The notes under the pieces are model-generated. The model did not search any database. It was not told the DNA's origin and saw only the letters and a program-made list of their open reading frames with translations. From Hyphomicrobiales bacterium (GTDB lineage: Bacteria; Pseudomonadota; Alphaproteobacteria; Rhizobiales; Xanthobacteraceae), in assembly GCA_038206805.1 (NCBI GenBank), contig JBBRAL010000017.1, forward strand, positions 2,102 to 66,101: DNA of 64,000 nt, in the 5' to 3' direction. Shown piece after piece: positions 31,330 through 44,405 of this stretch (position 1 is its first letter; every line of letters begins with the position of its first letter). A program made the position numbers and the translations under genes.

Positions 31330-32832
31330 TCACTGGGCGATCACGGCGGCGAGCTTGGCCGCGGATAAGGCATGCTGATAATTGTCGAGCAGCAGGGCAA
31401 CTGAGGCCGCCGACATGTCAAGCACCGGCTTGGGCGCTACCCCAAACAGAATCGTGAGCACGACCAGCGGCGCGAAGATTACCGTCTCGCGCCAGCCGAG
31501 ATCGCTGATGCCCGCCATCGCCGGTTTCAGATCGCCGAAGATCATCTTGCGGTACAGCCACAAGGCGTAGGCGGCCGAGAGGATGACACCGAAGGTGGCG
31601 ATCGTCGCCACCGCGATATTGTTCTTGAAGGTGCCGATCAGCGACAGGAATTCGCCGACAAACCCGGAGGTGCCCGGCAAGCCGACATTGGCAAGCGTGA
31701 ACACCATGAAGATCGCGGCATAGACCGGCATACGGTTGACCAACCCGCCATAGGCGGCGATCTCGCGGGTATGCATGCGGTCGTAAACCACGCCGACGCA
31801 GAGGAACAGCGCGCCCGAAACGATGCCGTGCGAGATCATCTGGAAGATGCCGCCGGCCACGCCTTGGGTGGTGACGGCAAAGATGCCCATGGTGACGAAG
31901 CCCATATGGGCGACAGAGGAATAAGCGATCAGCTTCTTCACGTCCTCCTGCATCAGCGCCACCAGCGAAGTGTAGATGATGGCGACCACGGAGAGCGTAA
32001 AGATCAACGGCGCGAAATCATGGCTGGCAAGCGGAAACATCGGCAACGAGAACCGCAGGAAGCCGTAGCCGCCCATCTTCAGCAGCACGGCCGCGAGCAG
32101 GACCGAACCCGCGGTCGGCGCCTCGACATGCGCGTCGGGCAGCCAGGTGTGCACAGGCCACATCGGCATCTTGACCGCGAACGAGGCAAAGAAAGCGAGC
32201 CACGCCCATTTCTGCAGGCCGAGCGGGAAACCGTGCCGCATCAGCGCCGGAATGTCGGTGGTGCCGGCATCCCAATACATCGCCATGATCGCCAGCAACA
32301 TGAGCACCGAGCCGAGCAGCGTGTAGAGGAAGAACTTGAAGCTGGCATAGACCCGGCGCTGGCCGCCCCAGACCCCGATGATCAAGAACATCGGAATCAG
32401 GCCGCCCTCGAAGAACAGATAGAACAGCACTAGGTCGAGCGCACCGAACGTGCCGACCATCAGCGTTTCCAGCACCAGGAACGCGATCATGTATTCCTTC
32501 ACGCGCTTCTGGATCGAGGTCCAACTCGCCAGAATGCAGATCGGCATCAGCGCGGTGGTGAGGATCACGAAGGGCAGCGAAATACCGTCAACGCCCATAT
32601 GATAGGAGGCGACGCCGAGCCAGGGGTGCTTTTCGGCGAACTGATATTCCGCGCTGGTCGGATCGAAGCGCCATACCATCACCAGCGAGATCGCGAAGGT
32701 GACCAGCGTTGTCCATAGCGACACCCAGCGCGCGGTGCCTTTGGCAAGATTATCGTTGCCTCGCACCAGCGTGATGAACAGCGCGCCCAGCAGCGGCAGG
32801 AAGGTGACGACGGAGAGGATCGGCCAATTCAT
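31330..32832 (-). CDS. nuoM: NADH-quinone oxidoreductase subunit M
   Basis: [20 protein letters not shown] motif. Confidence 0.96.
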   Translation of the reverse strand: MNWPILSVVTFLPLLGALFITLVRGNDNLAKGTARWVSLWTTLVTFAISLVMVWRFDPTSAEYQFAEKHPWLGVASYHMGVDGISLPFVILTTALMPICILASWTSIQKRVKEYMIAFLVLETLMVGTFGALDLVLFYLFFEGGLIPMFLIIGVWGGQRRVYASFKFFLYTLLGSVLMLLAIMAMYWDAGTTDIPALMRHGFPLGLQKWAWLAFFASFAVKMPMWPVHTWLPDAHVEAPTAGSVLLAAVLLKMGGYGFLRFSLPMFPLASHDFAPLIFTLSVVAIIYTSLVALMQEDVKKLIAYSSVAHMGFVTMGIFAVTTQGVAGGIFQMISHGIVSGALFLCVGVVYDRMHTREIAAYGGLVNRMPVYAAIFMVFTLANVGLPGTSGFVGEFLSLIGTFKNNIAVATIATFGVILSAAYALWLYRKMIFGDLKPAMAGISDLGWRETVIFAPLVVLTILFGVAPKPVLDMSAASVALLLDNYQHALSAAKLAAVIAQ

Positions 32833-32833
32833 T

Positions 32834-34894
32834 TTAGTGAATCCCCGCCGAGAACATGAACCAGGTGATGAAGGCGGCCGCGCCGATCAGCATAGCGAAG
32901 GCGTAGTGATAGAGATAACCGGTCTGCAGCCGCACCACGTTGCGCGTGACGTCGAGCACGCGGGCGGAAACACCATCCGGGCCGAAGCCGTCGATCAGCC
33001 AGCCATCGCCCTTCTTCCAGAGCTCGTAGCCGATCCATTTGGCCGGACGCACGAAGATCGCGTCATAGAGTTCGTCGAAGTACCACTTGTTGAGCAGGAA
33101 TCGGTAGAGGAAGTCGTGCTGGCGCGCGAGTTCGACCGGTATATCCGGACGCCGGATATAGAACTGCCAGGCGACGATGAAGCCGAGCGCCATCATCACG
33201 GTTGGCAATATGCCGATCTCGAGCGGCACGTGGTGCATGTCTTCCAGCACCGTGTTGGTCTTGGCGAAGGTGAGCGACTCGCGGAAGAACCCCTCGACGC
33301 CGTGACCGACGAAAATCTCTTTGAACGGCAGGCCGGCCAGCACCGAGCCGAGCGCCAGGAAGCCGAGCGGAATCAGCATGGTCATCGGGCTTTCATGCGC
33401 GGCTTTCCAATGCTTGCGGTCGTGCGGTTCGCCATGGAAAGTCTTGAAGATCAGCCGCCACGAATAGAACGAGGTGAGCAGCGCCGCGCCGACCGTGCAG
33501 ATGAAGGCATAAAGCGCCATCGGATTTTTGCCGACAAAGGCCGCCTCGATGATGGCGTCCTTGGAGAAATAGCCGGCGGTGAGTGGGAAGCCGGTGAGCG
33601 CCAGCGTACCGACAATCATCACGATGTAGGTATATGGGATTCGGTCCTTGAGGCCGCCCATATTCCGCATGTCCTGCTCGTGGTGCATGGCGTGAATCAC
33701 CGAGCCGGCGCCAAGGAACAGCAGCGCCTTGAAGAAGGCATGGGTAAACAGGTGGAACATGCCAACCGAATAGGCGCCGCAGCCCATGGCCACGAACATG
33801 TAGCCGAGCTGCGAACAGGTCGAATAGGCGATGACGCGCTTGATATCGTTCTGCACCAATCCGACGGTGGCCGCGAAAATGGCGGTGGTGGCGCCAATGA
33901 AGGTGACGAAGGTTTGCGCGTTAGGCGCCAGTTCGAACAGCGGCGACAGCCGCGCCACCATGAACACTCCGGCGGTCACCATGGTGGCGGCGTGGATCAG
34001 CGCCGATACCGGCGTCGGGCCTTCCATGGCGTCCGGCAGCCAGGTGTGCAGCATGAATTGCGCGGATTTGCCCATCGCGCCCATAAACAGCAGCAGACAT
34101 ATCAGTGTGAGCGCGTCGGGATACCAGCCGAAGAACCAGATGGTCTTGCCGGTCAGCGACGGCGCCTGCGCGAAGATGGTGTCGAAGTCGACCGCTCCGG
34201 TAAGCTTGAACAAGGCGAAAATGCCGAGCGCAAAACCGAAATCGCCGACCCGGTTGACTACGAAGGCCTTGATCGCGGCCGCGTTGGCTTCCGGCTTGTG
34301 ATACCAGAAACCGATCAGCAGATAACTCGCCAGACCGACGCCTTCCCAGCCGAAGAACATCTGGACCAGATTGTCCGCCGTCACCAGCATCAGCATGAAG
34401 AAGGTGAAGATCGACAGATAGGCAAAAAAGCGCGGCCGGTACGGGTCCTCTTCCATGTAGCCGATGGAATAGAGGTGCACGAAGGCCGATATCGTATTGA
34501 CCACCACCAGCATCACCGCGGTGAGCGTGTCGATACGCAGCGACCACTCCACCTTCAGATCGCCGGAAGCAAACCAGGTGAATACCGGCACCCGCTCATC
34601 GTGATGGCCGAAGCCCACCTGCACAAAGGCGATCCATGACAGGATCATGCAGATCATCAGCAGCGTGGTTGTGATCAGTTCGGCACTGCGCGAGCCGGCG
34701 GCGGCGGGCTCATGGGCGTGCGCCTCGTGACCGCCGCCATGATCATGCGCGGCGTGGACAGCATGCGCCGTGGCGTGGCCTTCGTCGGGCGGCGGCGGCC
34801 CCTCGCCCGGAAAGCGGGCGCGCGCGCCGGCCAGTGCGATCAGGCCCGCAAGGATTGCCCCCAGAAGGGGCAGAAAGACGATCGCTTGATACAT
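32834..34894 (-). CDS. nuoL: NADH-quinone oxidoreductase subunit L
   Basis: [30 protein letters not shown] motif. Confidence 0.96.
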   Translation of the reverse strand: MYQAIVFLPLLGAILAGLIALAGARARFPGEGPPPPDEGHATAHAVHAAHDHGGGHEAHAHEPAAAGSRSAELITTTLLMICMILSWIAFVQVGFGHHDERVPVFTWFASGDLKVEWSLRIDTLTAVMLVVVNTISAFVHLYSIGYMEEDPYRPRFFAYLSIFTFFMLMLVTADNLVQMFFGWEGVGLASYLLIGFWYHKPEANAAAIKAFVVNRVGDFGFALGIFALFKLTGAVDFDTIFAQAPSLTGKTIWFFGWYPDALTLICLLLFMGAMGKSAQFMLHTWLPDAMEGPTPVSALIHAATMVTAGVFMVARLSPLFELAPNAQTFVTFIGATTAIFAATVGLVQNDIKRVIAYSTCSQLGYMFVAMGCGAYSVGMFHLFTHAFFKALLFLGAGSVIHAMHHEQDMRNMGGLKDRIPYTYIVMIVGTLALTGFPLTAGYFSKDAIIEAAFVGKNPMALYAFICTVGAALLTSFYSWRLIFKTFHGEPHDRKHWKAAHESPMTMLIPLGFLALGSVLAGLPFKEIFVGHGVEGFFRESLTFAKTNTVLEDMHHVPLEIGILPTVMMALGFIVAWQFYIRRPDIPVELARQHDFLYRFLLNKWYFDELYDAIFVRPAKWIGYELWKKGDGWLIDGFGPDGVSARVLDVTRNVVRLQTGYLYHYAFAMLIGAAAFITWFMFSAGIH

Positions 34895-34912
34895 CTAAGC
34901 CCTTTTACTTCT

Positions 34913-34961
34913 GCGCATAATCTTATCCGAAAACCGGTTCCCATTTTTCGGGATCATGCGC
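34913..34961. repeat. Intergenic palindromic repeat, copy 3 (minimal form), inside the nuo operon
   Basis: GCGCATAATCTTATCCGAAAACCGGTTCCCATTTTTCGGGATCATGCGC, abutting the nuoK stop. Confidence 0.8.
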
Positions 34962-35270
34962 TCAACCCTTCATCAGATTGATGTCTTCGACCGCAATCGA
35001 GCCGCGGTTGCGGAAATAAACCACTAGGATGGCAAGCCCAATCGCCGCTTCCGCCGCCGCGACCGTGAGCACAAACAGCGCGTAGACCTGGCCGACGATA
35101 TCTCCGAGATAAGCGGAGAAGGCGACCAGATTGATATTGACCGCCAGCAGGATCAGCTCGATCGACATCAGAATGATGATCACGTTCTTGCGGTTCAGGA
35201 AGATACCGAAAATCCCCAGCGTGAACAGGATGGCGGCAACCGAGAGATAATGTCCAAGGCCAATGGTCAT
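34962..35270 (-). CDS. nuoK: NADH-quinone oxidoreductase subunit K
   Basis: [12 protein letters not shown] and [11 protein letters not shown] motifs. Confidence 0.96.
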   Translation of the reverse strand: MTIGLGHYLSVAAILFTLGIFGIFLNRKNVIIILMSIELILLAVNINLVAFSAYLGDIVGQVYALFVLTVAAAEAAIGLAILVVYFRNRGSIAVEDINLMKG

Positions 35271-35905
35271 GGGTTGCTGCCAAAACTATTGCTGCCAAGT
35301 CCCTGCCCGGTCCGCACCTTGATGACTTCGATCGCGGTTGCCGGCGTGCGCGCGACCTGATCTGAGATGATCTGGCGGCGCACGCGCACCCTATGTTGCA
35401 GCGTGAGCACGATGGCCCCGATCATGGCAACCAGCAAAATCATGCCGGCAGCCTCGAAGAAATAGACGTAGCGCGTATAGAGCACGAGGCCGAGCGCCTC
35501 GGTGTTGGAAACCTTGGCCGCAATGGGCGCGGTGATCGCCTGCGGAACACCGGGGCCGATGACCCAGGCGCCCACCACCAGCAACAGCTCGGCGAGAAAA
35601 ATGCCGCCGATCAGCAGGCCAATCGGCAAGTACTGCAGCGCGCCCTGCTTGAGCTCGGCGAAATCGACATCGAGCATCATCACCACGAACAGGAACAGCA
35701 CGGCGACCGCGCCGACATAAACCACGATCAGGATCATGGCGAGAAATTCCGCGCCCAGCATCACGAACAATCCGGCCGCGTTGACGAAGGCCAAAATGAG
35801 ATAGAGCACCGAATGCACGGGGTTCTTGGCCGCGATCACCATGAAGGCGGACGCGACGCACAAGCCGGCAAATAAGTAGAAGAAAAGCGCGGCAACGATC
35901 ATCAT
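35267..35905 (-). CDS. nuoJ: NADH-quinone oxidoreductase subunit J
   Basis: KNPVHSVL and [17 protein letters not shown] motifs. Start trimmed. Confidence 0.95.
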   Translation of the reverse strand: MMIVAALFFYLFAGLCVASAFMVIAAKNPVHSVLYLILAFVNAAGLFVMLGAEFLAMILIVVYVGAVAVLFLFVVMMLDVDFAELKQGALQYLPIGLLIGGIFLAELLLVVGAWVIGPGVPQAITAPIAAKVSNTEALGLVLYTRYVYFFEAAGMILLVAMIGAIVLTLQHRVRVRRQIISDQVARTPATAIEVIKVRTGQGLGSNSFGSNP

Positions 35906-35906
35906 T

Positions 35907-36395
35907 TCACCTATAGGGCGCGTCGAGTTCGATGTTCTTCGCGATCTCGCGTTCCCAGCGGTCGCCATTCGCAAGCAGCCGCTCCTTGTCGTAATAGAGT
36001 TCCTCGCGCGTCTCGGCGGCAAATTCGAAGTTCGGACCTTCCACGATGGCGTCGACCGGGCAGGCTTCCTGGCAGAGCCCGCAATAGATGCATTTCACCA
36101 TGTCGATGTCGTAGCGCGTGGTGCGGCGGGTGCCGTCGTTGCGGCGCGGGCCTGCCTCGATGGTAATGGCCTGCGCCGGGCAGATCGCCTCGCACAGCTT
36201 GCAGGCGATGCAGCGCTCCTCGCCATTGGCATAACGGCGCTGCGCATGCTCGCCGCGAAAACGCGGGCTTATCGGCCCCTTCTCGAACGGATAGTTCAGA
36301 GTCGGCTTGGTCTTGAAGAAATAGCGCATCGCCAGCACGAACGTCGTGACGAACTCCCACATGAACAGTTGCTTGGCTGCGCGATCGAGCCTCAT
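35907..36395 (-). CDS. nuoI: NADH-quinone oxidoreductase subunit I
   Basis: Two CxxCxxCxxxCP 4Fe-4S motifs and SPRFRGEH. Confidence 0.97.
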   Translation of the reverse strand: MRLDRAAKQLFMWEFVTTFVLAMRYFFKTKPTLNYPFEKGPISPRFRGEHAQRRYANGEERCIACKLCEAICPAQAITIEAGPRRNDGTRRTTRYDIDMVKCIYCGLCQEACPVDAIVEGPNFEFAAETREELYYDKERLLANGDRWEREIAKNIELDAPYR

Positions 36396-36402
36396 CGCAT
36401 CC

Positions 36403-37464
36403 TCACTTTATCGTCCCAGCCGCCACACCCGCGTACTCCAGGACCGCGGCGACGATTGCCACCATCGCCAGCGACAGCGGCAGAAAAATCTTCCAGCCGA
36501 GCCGCATCAGTTGGTCGTAGCGATAACGCGGAACCATGGCCTTGGCCATGGAGATCAGGAAGAAGAAGAAAAAACCCTTGAGCGAGAACCAGACCACGCC
36601 GGGCACCCAGGTGAACGGCGGATACGGGATCGGCGGCAGCCAGCCGCCCATGAAGAAGATGGTGGCCATGGCGCACATCGTCATGATCGCCACGTATTCA
36701 CCGAGCATGAACAACATGTAGAGCGTGGAGCCGTATTCCACCATGAAGCCGGCGACCAGCTCCGACTCGGCTTCCACCAGATCGAACGGTGGCCGGTTGG
36801 TTTCCGCCAGCGCCGACACGTAGAAGATGACGAACATCGGGAACAGCGGCAGCCAGTACCAGTTCAGAAAGCCAAGCCACGGCACGCCGATCATGTCGGC
36901 CAGTCCGGTCTCCTGCGCCTTGACGATGGCCGACAGATTGAGCGAGCCGGCGCACAGCAGCACCGTGATGATGACGAAGCCGATGGAGACTTCGTAGGAC
37001 ACCATCTGCGCGGCCGAGCGCAGCGCGGCGAGGAACGGATATTTCGAATTCGACGCCCAGCCGCCCATGATGATGCCATAGACCATGAGCGAGGAGATCG
37101 CGAAAATGTACAGCACGCCGACATTGATGTCGGCGACCACCCAATTGGTATTGACCGGGATCACCGCCCAGGCCGCCAGCGCCAGCAGCGCAGAGATCAG
37201 CGGCGCCAGCACGAACACGCCTTTGTTGGCGCTGGCCGGGATGGTCGGCTCCTTGAATACGAATTTCAGCATGTCGGCGAAGGACTGGAACAGCCCCCAG
37301 GGGCCGACCACGTTGGGGCCGCGGCGCAACTGCACCGCCGCCCAGATCTTGCGGTCGGCATAAATGAGGTAGGCAAGCACGACCAACAGGCAGACCAGCA
37401 TCAGCACCGATTCCGCCAGCATGATGATGAGCGGCCAGAGATAGGTCCAAAAGAATTCGACCAT
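36403..37464 (-). CDS. nuoH: NADH-quinone oxidoreductase subunit H
   Basis: [10 protein letters not shown] and [18 protein letters not shown] motifs. Start trimmed to MVEFF. Confidence 0.96.
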   Translation of the reverse strand: MVEFFWTYLWPLIIMLAESVLMLVCLLVVLAYLIYADRKIWAAVQLRRGPNVVGPWGLFQSFADMLKFVFKEPTIPASANKGVFVLAPLISALLALAAWAVIPVNTNWVVADINVGVLYIFAISSLMVYGIIMGGWASNSKYPFLAALRSAAQMVSYEVSIGFVIITVLLCAGSLNLSAIVKAQETGLADMIGVPWLGFLNWYWLPLFPMFVIFYVSALAETNRPPFDLVEAESELVAGFMVEYGSTLYMLFMLGEYVAIMTMCAMATIFFMGGWLPPIPYPPFTWVPGVVWFSLKGFFFFFLISMAKAMVPRYRYDQLMRLGWKIFLPLSLAMVAIVAAVLEYAGVAAGTIK

Positions 37465-37469
37465 GGCCC

Positions 37470-39551
37470 CTACTCCGCCGCCGTCAGAGGTGGATTCTTG
37501 GCCTTGGCGTTCGCCAGCGCCGAACACTCGGCCATTATGGCGGATGCGCGCGCAATCGGATTGCTGAGATAGAAATCGGGCATCGACGATTCGAATTGCA
37601 CTTTGTCCGGCGCGCCGCCGAGTTTGGCGAGTTTCTCGATATCGCCGGCGTCCGCCGGTGCGATCTGATCGATACGCATGAGATGCGGGAATGCAGCAAA
37701 TACCGCCTGCCGCAACTGCGCGAGCGAGTCATAGGGCAGCTTGTGCCCAAGCACGTCGGACAGCGCACGCAGGATCGCCCAGTCTTCGCGCGCATCGCCC
37801 GGCGGGAACGCCGCGCGGTTGGCCATCTGCACGCGGCCTTCGGTGTTGAGGTAAATCGCGGATTTTTCCGGATAGGCGGCGCCCGGCAGGATCACGTCGG
37901 CGCGATGGGCGCCGCGGTCGCCATGGGTGCCGATATAGACGACGAACGGCCCGGGCGCGACTTCGATCTCGTCGGCGCCGAGCAGGAACAACAATTCGAC
38001 GCCGCCCGCCGCCATCTGCGCGGCATCCTGTCCGCCCTTGCCTGGCACTAAACCGACATCGAGCGCGCCCACGCGCGAGGCGGCGCTCTGCAACACGGAA
38101 AATCCGTTCCAGCCGTCCTTGAGCGCACCGAATTCGATCGCCGCCTTGGCGGCGAGCGAAGCGATTGCCGCGCCATCCTTGCGTGCCAACGCGCCGGCGC
38201 CGAGGAGAATGAGCGGACGTTGCGCCGCTTTCAGCGCGTCGGCGAATTTGCTTTTGGCAAGGCCGGCGAGGCTTTCGGGCCCGGCGCCGAGATAGTCATA
38301 TGAATAAGTCAGATCGGCCTTTTCGCCGATCAGGCCGATGGGGAATTGGCCGGCACGCCAGCGCTTGCGAATGCGGGCATTGAGCACGGCCGCCTCGCGC
38401 CGCGGATTGGAGCCGACGATAAGCAGCGCATCGGCGCTCTCGATGCCGGCAATGGTGGCGTTGAACAGGTAGCTCGCCCTGCCCCATTTCGGATCGAGCG
38501 CCGAGCCGTCCTGGCGGGCGTCGATATTGCCGCTGCCCAGACGGGTGATCAGGTCCTTGAGCGCATACATTTCCTCGACGCCCGCCAGATCGCCGGCAAT
38601 GGCGCCCACACGGTTGCCAGGCGATGATTTGAGCTTGCCGGCGATGGCCGCGAAGGCTTCCTGCCAACTCGCCACCCGCAGGCGGCCATTCTCGCGAATA
38701 TAAGGCTGATCCAGCCGTTGCGTGCGCAAGCCATCGACCACGTGCCTGGCTTTGTCGGATATCCACTCCTCGTTCACGTCATCATTGGTGCGCGGCAGGA
38801 TGCGCATCACCTCGCGTCCGCGGGTATCGACGCGGATGGCCGAGCCGAGCGCGTCCATCACGTCGACCGATTGCGTCTTGTTGAGCTCCCACGGCCGCGC
38901 CGCGAAGGCATAGGGCTTGGAGGTCAAGGCGCCGACCGGGCACAGATCGACCACGTTGCCCTGCAACTCCGAGGTCATCGCCTGCTCGAGATAGGTCGTG
39001 ATCTCCATGTCCTCGCCGCGGCCGGTGGCGCCGAGCTCAGGCACGCCGGCCACTTCGGTGGAGAAGCGGATGCAGCGCGTGCACTGGATGCAGCGCGTCA
39101 TCACCGTCTTGACCAGCGGGCCTATATATTTGTCCTCGACCGCGCGCTTGTTCTCGGCAAAGCGGCTGGAATCCACGCCATAGGCCATGGCCTGGTCCTG
39201 CAAGTCGCACTCGCCGCCCTGGTCGCAGATCGGACAATCCAGCGGATGGTTGATCAGCAGGAATTCCATCACGCCTTCGCGCGCCTTCTTCACCATCGGC
39301 GACCGGGTGCTCAGCACCTTGGGCGAGCCATCTTTGTTCGGCTGCAAGTCCTTGACGCCGACGGCACAGGACGCCTGCGGCTTCGGCACGCCGACAACCT
39401 CGATCAGGCACATGCGGCAATTGCCGGCGATCGACAGGCGCTCGTGGAAGCAGAAGCGCGGGATTTCCACGCCGGCGGCCTCGCAGGCCTGGAGCAGCGT
39501 GTACTCCGGCGGAACGTCGATCTCTGTGCCGTCGATAATGAGTTTGGTCAT
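37470..39551 (-). CDS. nuoG: NADH-quinone oxidoreductase subunit G
   Basis: [19 protein letters not shown] and [14 protein letters not shown] motifs. Start trimmed to MTKLII. Confidence 0.97.
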   Translation of the reverse strand: MTKLIIDGTEIDVPPEYTLLQACEAAGVEIPRFCFHERLSIAGNCRMCLIEVVGVPKPQASCAVGVKDLQPNKDGSPKVLSTRSPMVKKAREGVMEFLLINHPLDCPICDQGGECDLQDQAMAYGVDSSRFAENKRAVEDKYIGPLVKTVMTRCIQCTRCIRFSTEVAGVPELGATGRGEDMEITTYLEQAMTSELQGNVVDLCPVGALTSKPYAFAARPWELNKTQSVDVMDALGSAIRVDTRGREVMRILPRTNDDVNEEWISDKARHVVDGLRTQRLDQPYIRENGRLRVASWQEAFAAIAGKLKSSPGNRVGAIAGDLAGVEEMYALKDLITRLGSGNIDARQDGSALDPKWGRASYLFNATIAGIESADALLIVGSNPRREAAVLNARIRKRWRAGQFPIGLIGEKADLTYSYDYLGAGPESLAGLAKSKFADALKAAQRPLILLGAGALARKDGAAIASLAAKAAIEFGALKDGWNGFSVLQSAASRVGALDVGLVPGKGGQDAAQMAAGGVELLFLLGADEIEVAPGPFVVYIGTHGDRGAHRADVILPGAAYPEKSAIYLNTEGRVQMANRAAFPPGDAREDWAILRALSDVLGHKLPYDSLAQLRQAVFAAFPHLMRIDQIAPADAGDIEKLAKLGGAPDKVQFESSMPDFYLSNPIARASAIMAECSALANAKAKNPPLTAAE

Positions 39552-40042
39552 GCCGCGTGCTCGCTCAGTGCGCCGCAGCGCGCCGTCTTCCAAAACTGGG
39601 CGGCCGGAATGCTCTCCCAGCCGAAGGCATGATCGCTCGGTCCTCGCGCTCTCAGATGCTCAAGCCGCTCGACGCCCTCCGCCATGGTCGGGCGATGTCC
39701 GGCCGGCACGAACCACAGCACCAATGGCGTTTCGATCGGCTCGAACCATTCCTCGCGGCGGCCGTAGAAGCGGCGGTGAACGGTCTGCCAGACGAAGCGC
39801 TCCAGCGCCTCGACATTTTCCCACACCGTTAGGTTCGGCAGAATGCGTGGATCGTCATAAACGCGAATGTTCATGGCGTTGCCGCTGTCGTCCTGCAGCC
39901 GCCAGACGAATCCCTCGATCGTGTTGGCCAGCGCGTTGACACGCGCGACATTTTCGACGAATTCCGCCATGCGTGGATCGTCGAGTGGGTAGCGAACCCG
40001 CGCGATGTTGAACTGGGCGAGATGGCGGGTTGATTGCGTCAT
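39548..40042 (-). CDS. DUF3291-family protein inserted in the nuo operon
   Basis: HLAQFNIAR..YPLDDPRMAEF...GFVWRL...NLTVWE...H...RREEWF...VLWFVP.GHRPT..E...RLE.L...GPS..AF pattern. Confidence 0.8.
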   Translation of the reverse strand: MTQSTRHLAQFNIARVRYPLDDPRMAEFVENVARVNALANTIEGFVWRLQDDSGNAMNIRVYDDPRILPNLTVWENVEALERFVWQTVHRRFYGRREEWFEPIETPLVLWFVPAGHRPTMAEGVERLEHLRARGPSDHAFGWESIPAAQFWKTARCGALSEHAA

Positions 40043-40046
40043 GGCG

Positions 40047-41378
40047 TCACTCCGCCGCCTGCGCATCGAGCGGCTTTGGATCGCGCGCGCCGATATAGCC
40101 GCTGGCGTTGCGCGAGTACTCGTCGATGCGCCGCTCGATTTCGGGGCGGAAATGCCGCAGCAGTCCTTGCACCGGCCAGGCGGCGCCGTCGCCGAAAGCG
40201 CAAATCGTGTGACCCTCGATTTGCTTGGTGACGTTGAACAGCATGTCGATCTCGCGCCGCTCGGCGCGGCCTTCCGACATGCGGGTGAGCACGCGCCACA
40301 TCCAGCCCATGCCTTCGCGGCAGGGCGTGCATTGGCCGCAGCTCTCGTGCTTGTAGAAATAGGAGATGCGCGTCATGGCGCGCACGATATCGGTGGATTT
40401 ATCCATGACGATCACAGCGGCAGTGCCGAGCGAGGATTTGAGCGCGGTGCAGCCGTCGAAATCCATCAGCAGCGTATCGGCCTGTGTCGGCCCGGCCGGA
40501 ATCAACGGCATCGAAGAGCCGCCGGGGATCACTGCCAGCAGATTGTCCCAGCCGCCGTACACGCCGCCGGCGTGTTTCTCGACCAGTTCGCGCAGCGGAA
40601 TGCCCATCGCCTCTTCCACGGTGCACGGCTTTTCGACGTGACCGGAAATGCAGAACAGCTTGGTGCCGGTATTGTTGGGCCGGCCGATACCGGCAAACCA
40701 CGCCGCGCCGCGGCGCATAATGTCGGGCACCACCGCGATCGACTCGACGTTCTGCACCGTGGTCGGGCAGCCATAGAGGCCGACATTCGCCGGGAACGGC
40801 GGCTTCAGGCGCGGTTGGCCCTTTTTGCCTTCCAGGCTTTCCAGCAGCGCGGTTTCCTCGCCGCAAATATAGGCGCCGGCGCCGTGGTGGACGTAAAGAT
40901 CGAAGTCCCAGCCGTTCACATTGTCCTTGCCGATCAGCTTGGCTTCGTAGGCCTGGTCAATCGCCGCCTGCAGTCGCTCACGCTCGCGGATAAATTCGCC
41001 GCGGATATAGATGTAGCCGAAATTGGCGCCCATGGCGCAACCGGCGATCAGGCAGCCCTCGACCAGTAGATGCGGGTCGTGCCGCATGATCTCGCGGTCT
41101 TTGCAGGTCCCCGGCTCGGATTCGTCGGCGTTGACGACAAGGTAATGCGGCCGCCCGTCCGACTTCTTGGGCATGAACGACCACTTCAACCCGGTCGGGA
41201 AGCCGGCGCCGCCGCGGCCGCGCAGGCCCGACGCCTTGACGTCATTGACGATTGTCTCGCGGCCTTTTTCCAGGATCGCCTTGGTGCCATCCCAGGCGCC
41301 GCGCGCGCGCGCGCCTTTGAGGCCCCAGTCATGCAGGCCGTAGAGGTTCTTGAAGATGCGATCCTTGTCAGCGAGCAT
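40047..41378 (-). CDS. nuoF: NADH-quinone oxidoreductase subunit F
   Basis: [24 protein letters not shown] and [12 protein letters not shown] motifs. Confidence 0.97.
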   Translation of the reverse strand: MLADKDRIFKNLYGLHDWGLKGARARGAWDGTKAILEKGRETIVNDVKASGLRGRGGAGFPTGLKWSFMPKKSDGRPHYLVVNADESEPGTCKDREIMRHDPHLLVEGCLIAGCAMGANFGYIYIRGEFIRERERLQAAIDQAYEAKLIGKDNVNGWDFDLYVHHGAGAYICGEETALLESLEGKKGQPRLKPPFPANVGLYGCPTTVQNVESIAVVPDIMRRGAAWFAGIGRPNNTGTKLFCISGHVEKPCTVEEAMGIPLRELVEKHAGGVYGGWDNLLAVIPGGSSMPLIPAGPTQADTLLMDFDGCTALKSSLGTAAVIVMDKSTDIVRAMTRISYFYKHESCGQCTPCREGMGWMWRVLTRMSEGRAERREIDMLFNVTKQIEGHTICAFGDGAAWPVQGLLRHFRPEIERRIDEYSRNASGYIGARDPKPLDAQAAE

Positions 41379-42014
41379 TCATCGTTCCCGTTGGGCGCCA
41401 GTCGAATAGATTGACTTGTCGGTGAGCGTGGTCGCCGCGCCGGCCGGTGCCGACAATTGCCGGTCGGTTTGCGGACCCGGCTTGGGCGTCTTGCCAGCGG
41501 CGAACTGATCGAGAATCTTGCCGAAGCTTTCGGCCGTCAAGTCCTCGTAGTAATCGGAGCCGATCTGAACCATCGGTGCATTGACGCAGGCGCCCAGGCA
41601 TTCGACTTCGACCCAGGAGAATTTGCCGTCGTCTGTGACGTGCATCTGATCGCCGATGCGCTTGCGGCAGACCTTCTCGATCTCGTCGGCGCCGCGCAGC
41701 CGGCACGGCGTCGTGCCGCAAAACTGCACATGGGTTTTGCCGACCGGCTGCAAATTGAACATCGTATAGAAGGTCGCGACTTCCAGCCCACGGATATGCG
41801 CCATGCCAAGAAGTTCGGCGACGTAACGGATCGCCGCTTCCGGCAGCCAGCCGCCGGCCTGTTCCTGCGCGCGCCACAGCAACGGAATAATCGCCGATTG
41901 CTGACGGCCTTCCGGATATTTGGCGGTCTGCTCATTGGCCCAGGCAAGATTGGCCTTGCTGAAAGCGAATTCCTTCGGCTGCAATTCGGGCGAGGCGAGA
42001 CGGCGGACGCTCAT
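41379..42014 (-). CDS. nuoE: NADH-quinone oxidoreductase subunit E
   Basis: [15 protein letters not shown] and ECLGAC.NAP motifs. Start trimmed to MSVRRL. Confidence 0.96.
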   Translation of the reverse strand: MSVRRLASPELQPKEFAFSKANLAWANEQTAKYPEGRQQSAIIPLLWRAQEQAGGWLPEAAIRYVAELLGMAHIRGLEVATFYTMFNLQPVGKTHVQFCGTTPCRLRGADEIEKVCRKRIGDQMHVTDDGKFSWVEVECLGACVNAPMVQIGSDYYEDLTAESFGKILDQFAAGKTPKPGPQTDRQLSAPAGAATTLTDKSIYSTGAQRER

Positions 42015-43201
42015 CGATCGACCTCCCCGAACACCACGTCGATCGTGCCCATGACGCAGGCGACGTCGGCCAGCATATGGCCCCGGCAAAGAAAATCCAT
42101 CGAACTCAAATGCACAAAGCCCGGCGCGCGGATCTTGCACTTGTACGGCTTATTGGTGCCGTCGGCGATCAGATAGACGCCGAATTCGCCCTTGGGCGCT
42201 TCCACTGCGGCATAGACTTCGCCTGCCGGCACGTGGAAACCCTCGGTGTAAAGCTTGAAGTGCTGGATGAGCGCTTCCATCGAGCGCTTCATCTCGCCGC
42301 GCTTGGGCGGCACGATTTTCCTGTCGACGACCGAAACCGGACCATGGCCCTGCGGGCTGCGAAGTTTCTCGACACACTGCCGCATGATCTTGATCGATTG
42401 GCGCATCTCTTCCACGCGGATGCAGTAGCGGTCGTAGCTATCGCCGTTCTTGCCGATCGGAATGTCGAATTCCATCTCGGAATAGCACTCATAGGGCTGG
42501 CTTTTACGCAAATCCCAGGCTGCCCCCGAGCCGCGCACCATCACGCCGGAGAAGCCGCGGTTCCAGGCGTCCTCAAGCTTGACGACGCCGATATCGACCA
42601 GGCGCTGTTTGAAGATGCGGTTGTCGGTGAGCAGACCCTCGAGATCGTCGCAAAATTTCAAATACGGATCGCAGAACGCCTCAATGTCGTCGATCAGCTT
42701 GTCCGGCAGGTCCTGGTGCACGCCGCCGACACGGAAATAGGCCGCGTGCATGCGGCTGCCCGACGCACGCTCGTAGAACCCCATCAGCTTCTCGCGCTCT
42801 TCGAAGCCCCACACCGGCGGTGTGAGCGCGCCGACGTCCAGCGCCTGCGTGGTGATATTGAGAATGTGCGACAATAGCCGCCCGATTTCGCAATAGAGCA
42901 CGCGAATAAGCTGGCCGCGCCTGGGAGCCTGGATTCCCAAAAGCTTTTCCGCCGCCAGACAGAAGGCATGCTCCTGGTTCATCGGCGCGACGTAATCGAG
43001 CCGGTCGAAATACGGCACCGCCTGCATATAGGTCTTGTGCTCGATCAGCTTCTCGGTACCGCGGTGCAGCAGCCCAATATGCGGATCGACCCGCTCGACG
43101 ATCTCGCCGTCGAGTTCCAGCACCATGCGCAGCACGCCGTGCGCGGCCGGATGCTGCGGCCCGAAATTGATCATGAAGTTGCGAACCGCGGTTTCGGCCA
43201 T
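42011..43201 (-). CDS. nuoD: NADH-quinone oxidoreductase subunit D
   Basis: [14 protein letters not shown] and terminal DVVFGEVDR. Confidence 0.97.
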   Translation of the reverse strand: MAETAVRNFMINFGPQHPAAHGVLRMVLELDGEIVERVDPHIGLLHRGTEKLIEHKTYMQAVPYFDRLDYVAPMNQEHAFCLAAEKLLGIQAPRRGQLIRVLYCEIGRLLSHILNITTQALDVGALTPPVWGFEEREKLMGFYERASGSRMHAAYFRVGGVHQDLPDKLIDDIEAFCDPYLKFCDDLEGLLTDNRIFKQRLVDIGVVKLEDAWNRGFSGVMVRGSGAAWDLRKSQPYECYSEMEFDIPIGKNGDSYDRYCIRVEEMRQSIKIMRQCVEKLRSPQGHGPVSVVDRKIVPPKRGEMKRSMEALIQHFKLYTEGFHVPAGEVYAAVEAPKGEFGVYLIADGTNKPYKCKIRAPGFVHLSSMDFLCRGHMLADVACVMGTIDVVFGEVDR

Positions 43202-43207
43202 ATCAGA

Positions 43208-43837
43208 TCACGACCCCTTGCCTTCCGGCTTGCCGGCCTCTTTCGCCTTCTCGTCGCCCGGCAGCACGTAGTCGGTGCCTTCCCACGGCGACAGAAAATC
43301 GAAAGTGCGGAATTCCTGCACCAGATTGACCTTGTCGTAAACCACGCGCTTCTGTTCGTCGTCGTAGCGCAGCTCGACAAATCCGGTGAGCGGAAAATCC
43401 TTGCGCAGCGGGTGACCCTCGAAGCCATAGTCGGTGAGGATGCGCCGCAGGTCGGGGTGACCGGTAAACAGCACGCCGTAGAGATCGTAGGCCTCACGCT
43501 CGAACCAGTCGGCGCCGCGAAACACTTCGATTATCGAGGGCACTGCCGTCACTTCGTCGGTCATCGTCTTCACGCGGATGCGCTGGTTTAACCGCGGCGA
43601 AAGAAAATGATAGACCACGTCGAAGCGCTGCTCGCGGCTCGGCCAGTCCACGGCGGTGATGTCGATGATGCAGATGAACTGACAGGCCGGATCGTCGCGC
43701 AGGAAGGTCGCCACCTTGACTATGTCGGCGGCTTTGGCGCCGACGGTAAGCTCGCCGCGCAATACTTCGTAGCCGGTGACCGCGCCCGGTAATGCCGTCT
43801 TGATCGAAGCCCCAAGATTTTCGAGCGTTGGGTCCAT
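43208..43837 (-). CDS. nuoC: NADH-quinone oxidoreductase subunit C
   Basis: [33 protein letters not shown] motif. Confidence 0.97.
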   Translation of the reverse strand: MDPTLENLGASIKTALPGAVTGYEVLRGELTVGAKAADIVKVATFLRDDPACQFICIIDITAVDWPSREQRFDVVYHFLSPRLNQRIRVKTMTDEVTAVPSIIEVFRGADWFEREAYDLYGVLFTGHPDLRRILTDYGFEGHPLRKDFPLTGFVELRYDDEQKRVVYDKVNLVQEFRTFDFLSPWEGTDYVLPGDEKAKEAGKPEGKGS

Positions 43838-43840
43838 CGG

Positions 43841-44401
43841 CTATCTTTCGATCGTGCCGGTGCGGCGGATCTTCTTCTGCAACAGCATGACGCCATAGAG
43901 CAGCGCCTCGGCGGTCGGCGGACAGCCCGGCACGTAGATGTCGACCGGCACGATGCGATCGCAGCCGCGCACAACCGAATAAGAGTAGTGGTAGTAGCCG
44001 CCGCCGTTGGCGCAGGATCCCATCGAGATCACGTAGCGCGGCTCCGGCATCTGGTCGTAGACTTTGCGCATCGCCGGCGCCATCTTGTTGGTGAGCGTGC
44101 CGGCGACGATCATGACGTCGGACTGGCGCGGTGAGGCGCGCGGCGCAAAGCCGTAGCGCTCGCAGTCGTAGCGCGGCATCGCCATCTGCATCATCTCGAC
44201 CGCGCAGCAGGCCAGACCAAAGGTCATCCACATCAGCGAGCCGGTGCGCGACCAGGTAATCAGGTCGTCGACGGCGGTGATGATAAAGCCCTTGTCGGCG
44301 AGTTCGTTGTTGACGGTGCCGAAGAACGGATCGTCGGCCCCCACCGGCTTGCCGGTGGCGGGATCGAGAATTCCTCTAGGTGCCGGTGCGACCAGGGTCA
44401 T
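43841..44401 (-). CDS. nuoB: NADH-quinone oxidoreductase subunit B
   Basis: [16 protein letters not shown] and YVPGCPP motifs. Start approximate. Confidence 0.96.
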   Translation of the reverse strand: MTLVAPAPRGILDPATGKPVGADDPFFGTVNNELADKGFIITAVDDLITWSRTGSLMWMTFGLACCAVEMMQMAMPRYDCERYGFAPRASPRQSDVMIVAGTLTNKMAPAMRKVYDQMPEPRYVISMGSCANGGGYYHYSYSVVRGCDRIVPVDIYVPGCPPTAEALLYGVMLLQKKIRRTGTIER

Positions 44402-44405
44402 GGAA

